Shown piece by piece: positions 58,969-64,000 of a stretch of 64,000 bases of DNA. Numbering within the stretch: position 1 is the first letter of the stretch; each line of letters starts with the position of its first letter. Position numbers and translations under genes: made by a program. Where the stretch lies: NCBI RefSeq assembly GCF_009914755.1, contig NC_060948.1, one strand, 5' to 3'. The notes under the pieces were generated by a model that saw only the letters and a program-made list of their open reading frames with translations, was not told the origin of the DNA and did no database searches. The DNA comes from the human T2T-CHM13v2.0 reference genome, Homo sapiens.

Positions 58969-61071
58969 AGATCCATATTTTTTAAATGAAAAAAAATTTC
59001 AAAGGTACTCTGCTTGGTACAATAATCAAATGTATAAACTGAGGAATAAAACATAACCATGAAACCTACTTATAACTGCATATGGAAAATACAGAGGATA
59101 ATTTTTTAAATAACATATTTTGAAAGCCTTAACTAGTAATTTGAAGAGTTGGCATTTGAAAGGCCAGTATGAATATACCTTCAAAGCAGCAACACAGGTT
59201 CCCCATGAGAAAAAGCAAACACAGGGAAAATAAAAACACAAAGGTTCAATCTCTTCTGACCTTTGAAAGACACAGCACAGACAGTGGTCCTTAGGGCGAA
59301 GAGCAGGAGACCCCTAATTCCGTCACCATGGCGATAGGGCATAAACATTGCTGGGTGAGGGCACAATCCACATTGTGAGGTCCAACTGCTGCCAGGAAGA
59401 CAGGAGTGCTTTTACATAGACCGAAAGGTCATTGAAGGCTCAGAGTTTTGTTTCAAGAACTGAATCCCAAGCCCACACGTTATTAGGCTGCGCTTCTTAA
59501 AACAAGTTATGAGATGGGAAAAAGGGCACCCACAAACATACGTATACATTATGTATATAATAATATACAGTATCATATATATAATATATATAACCTATGT
59601 ATAATATTGTTTTACATCCTGCATCTTATGTTATATATATTGTATAAAATATAATAATTGATAATATATAAGTTTTATAATTATACAATATGACATATAG
59701 TATATATTATAATTTATGACATATATAATATATGTTATATATCATATATAGAATATAGTATACGGTTAATATACGTATTAAATATAAATTATACATTATA
59801 TATATTATATATAATATATCTGTTATATATAATACCCATTATGCATAATATATATATTATGTCTATGTTATATATAGTATAAAACAACATATAATAATAT
59901 ATAATTGTATATATAAAATGCGACATATAATATATATTATATTTTATAACATATGTAATATATATTATATATTATATATAATACGTTGTATGTATAATAC
60001 CTATATTAAATATATATTATATGACTATGTTATTAATTACATGTCACATGTGTTATATATTATATATTTTACATAGAATATACCGGTTACATACAATATA
60101 TACTATGTTACCTATAATGTATAATTTATTACATGTAAAATAAAGAATGCAATATATTATGTATAATTTATAATATACAATATGTGGAATGTGATATATA
60201 TAACATATAATATATGATATATGATATACAGTATATGATATATAACATACAATATATGATTCCTAATATATATGGTATACAATATATATTTTATGATATG
60301 TATTCTATATGTTTTATATTCTGTTATATATAACTATTTGAAATTATATATAACTGTATAATATTTTATGTAAATATGTAATATAATATATATAACTATA
60401 TAATATATTATATATAACTATATATTATGTTATGTATACTTTTATAACATAATTTACATAAAATATCATAATATAATATATATTATATTATTTCATATTA
60501 CATAATATATATTACATATCACCCAATATAACTAACATACATAATATTATAATATAGATTATATTATGTTATATTAAATATCATATATATCATGTATCAT
60601 ATATTCTATAATATATATTACACATTATATAATATGTATGCTGTCTATTATGTGATATATATAACTATATATAATTATATTTTTATACATATAACTAGAT
60701 AAACATGTAATTCTACATATTTTCATTTATAATATGTAGAATTATATAATCATATATAATTATTTATATTCTATAAAAAATTTTATCATTATATAAATTA
60801 TAATATATAAAAATTATAATATGTACTACAAATATATATATTATATATCATATATGATATAGTACCTTTGTTATATATCATAATAAATATAAATGTGTAT
60901 TATGTTATCTATAATTATATAATTTCATATATAAGGTGTATAATATGTATCATATATTATATATGTTATGTAATATATATAGTATATATAAGATGACACA
61001 GGATAAATATTATATACTATGACATATAAAATATATGAGGTTATATGTTACATATAAGGCATAGCACATAA

Positions 61072-61386
<315 letters not shown>

Positions 61387-63491
61387 AGATCCGTATTTTT
61401 TAAATGAAAAAAAATTTCAAAGGTACTCTGCTTGGTACAATAATCAAATGTATAAACTGAGGAATAAAACATAACCATGAAACCTACTTATAACTGCATA
61501 TGGAAAATACAGAGGATAATTTTTTAAATAACATATTTTGAAAGCCTTAACTAGTAATTTGAAGAGTTGGCATTTGAAAGGCCAGTATGAATATACCTTC
61601 AAAGCAGCAACACAGGTTCCCCATGAGAAAAAGCAAACACAGGGAAAATAAAAACACAAAGGTTCAATCTCTTCTGACCTTTGAAAGACACAGCACAGAC
61701 AGTGGTCCTTAGGACGAAGAGCAGGAGACCCCTAATTCCGTCACCATGGCGATAGGGCATAAACATTGCTGGGTGAGGGCACAATCCACATTGTGAGGTC
61801 CAACTGCTGCCAGGAAGACAGGAGTGCTTTTACATAGACCGAAAGGTCATTGAAGGCTCAGAGTTTTGTTTCAAGAACTGAATCCCAAGCCCACACGTTA
61901 TTAGGCTGCGCTTCTTAAAACAAGTGATGAGATGGGAAAAAGGGCACCCACAAACATACGTATACATTATGTATATAATAATATACAGTATCATATATAT
62001 AATATATATAACCTATGTATAATATTGTTTTACATCCTGCATCTTATGTTATATATATTGTATAAAATATAATAATTGATAATATATAAGTTTTATAATT
62101 ATACAATATGACATAGAGTATATATTATAATTTATGACATATAAAATATATGTTATATATCATATATAGAATATATTATACGGTTAATATACGTATTAAA
62201 TGTAAATTATACCTTATATATATTATATATAATATAACTGTTATATATAATACCCATTATGCATAATATATATATTATGTCTATGTTATATATAGTATAA
62301 AACAACATATAATAATATATAATTGTATATATAAAATGCGACATATAATATATATTATATTTTATAACATATGTAATATATATTATATATTATATATAAT
62401 ACGTTGTATGTATAATACCTATATTAAATATATATTATATGACTATGTTATTAATTACATGTCACATGTGTTATATATTATATATTTTACATAGAATATA
62501 CCGGTTACATTCAATATATACTATGTTACCTATAATGTATAATTTATTACATGTAAAATAAAGAATGCAATATATTATGTATAATTTATAATATACAATA
62601 TGTGGAATGTGATATATGTAACATATAATATATGATATATGATATACAGTATATGATATATAACATACAATATATGATTCCTAATATATATGGTATACAA
62701 TATATATTTTATGATATGTATTCTATATGTTTTATATTCTGTTATATATAACTATTTGAAATTATATATAACTGTATAATATTTTATGTAAATATGTAAT
62801 ATAATATATATAACTATATAATATATTATATATAACTATATATTATGTTATGTATACTTTTATAACATAATTTACATAAAATATCATAATATAATATATA
62901 TTATATTATTTCATATTACATAATATATATTACATATCACCCAATATAACTAACATACATAATATTATAATATAGATTATATTATGTTATATTAAATATC
63001 ATATATATCATGTATCATATATTCTATAATATATATTACACATTATATAATATGTATGTTGTCTATTATGTGATATATATAACTATATATATAATTATAT
63101 TTTTATACATATAACTAGATAAACATGTAATTCTACATATTTTCATTTATAATATGTAGAATTATATAATCATATATAATTCTTTATATTCTATAAAAAA
63201 TTTTATCATTATATAAATTATAATATATAAAAATTATAATATGTACTACAAATATATATATTATATATCATATATGATATAGTACCTTTGTTATATATCA
63301 TAATACATATAAATGTGTATTATGTTATCTATAATTATATAATTTCATATATAAGGTGTATAATATGTATCATATATTATATATGTTATGTAATATATAT
63401 AGTATATATAAGATGACACAGGATAAATATTATATACTATGACATATAAAATATATGAGGTTATATGTTACATATAAGGCATAGCACATAA

Positions 63492-63806
<315 letters not shown>

Positions 63807-64000
63807 AGATCCATATTTTTTAAATGAAAAAAAATTTCAAAGGTACTCTGCTTGGTACAATAATCAAATGTATAAACTGAGGAATAAAACATAACCATGA
63901 AACCTACTTATAACTGCATATGGAAAATACAGAGGATAATTTTTTAAATAACATATTTTGAAAGCCTTAACTAGTAATTTGAAGAGTTGGCATTTGAAAG
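63807..64000. repeat. HSATI-type segment (partial, truncated by window end)
   Basis: Matches 869-1062 of the first unit. Confidence 0.75.

Overview
The whole 64 kb window is one uninterrupted head-to-tail tandem array of a ~2.42 kb unit (about 26.4 copies; unit lengths 2418, 2420 or 2422 bp, measured from the recurring ORF coordinates). Each unit has three parts: a ~1.56 kb degenerate (TA)-rich domain, a diverged minus-strand Alu lacking ~12 nt of its 5' end and carrying a 16-bp internal duplication, and ~570 bp of HSATI-type sequence. This is the known human DYZ2/HSat1B satellite, most likely from Yq12 heterochromatin. The four HaeIII sites per unit predict a ~2.15 kb fragment, matching the classical male-enriched 2.1 kb HaeIII band. 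There are no credible protein-coding genes: the recurrent ORFs start at TTG and are repeat artefacts. I saw no DYZ1 (CATTC)n block, inversion or inserted element. I cannot support a new biological system here. The interesting signal lies in array evolution (runs of identical units, non-adjacent copies sharing private variants, 2-bp-only length changes, CpG decay) and in speculative cis-motifs multiplied in every unit (Pol III A/B boxes, TCF/LEF-type sites). All variant calls were made by eye.
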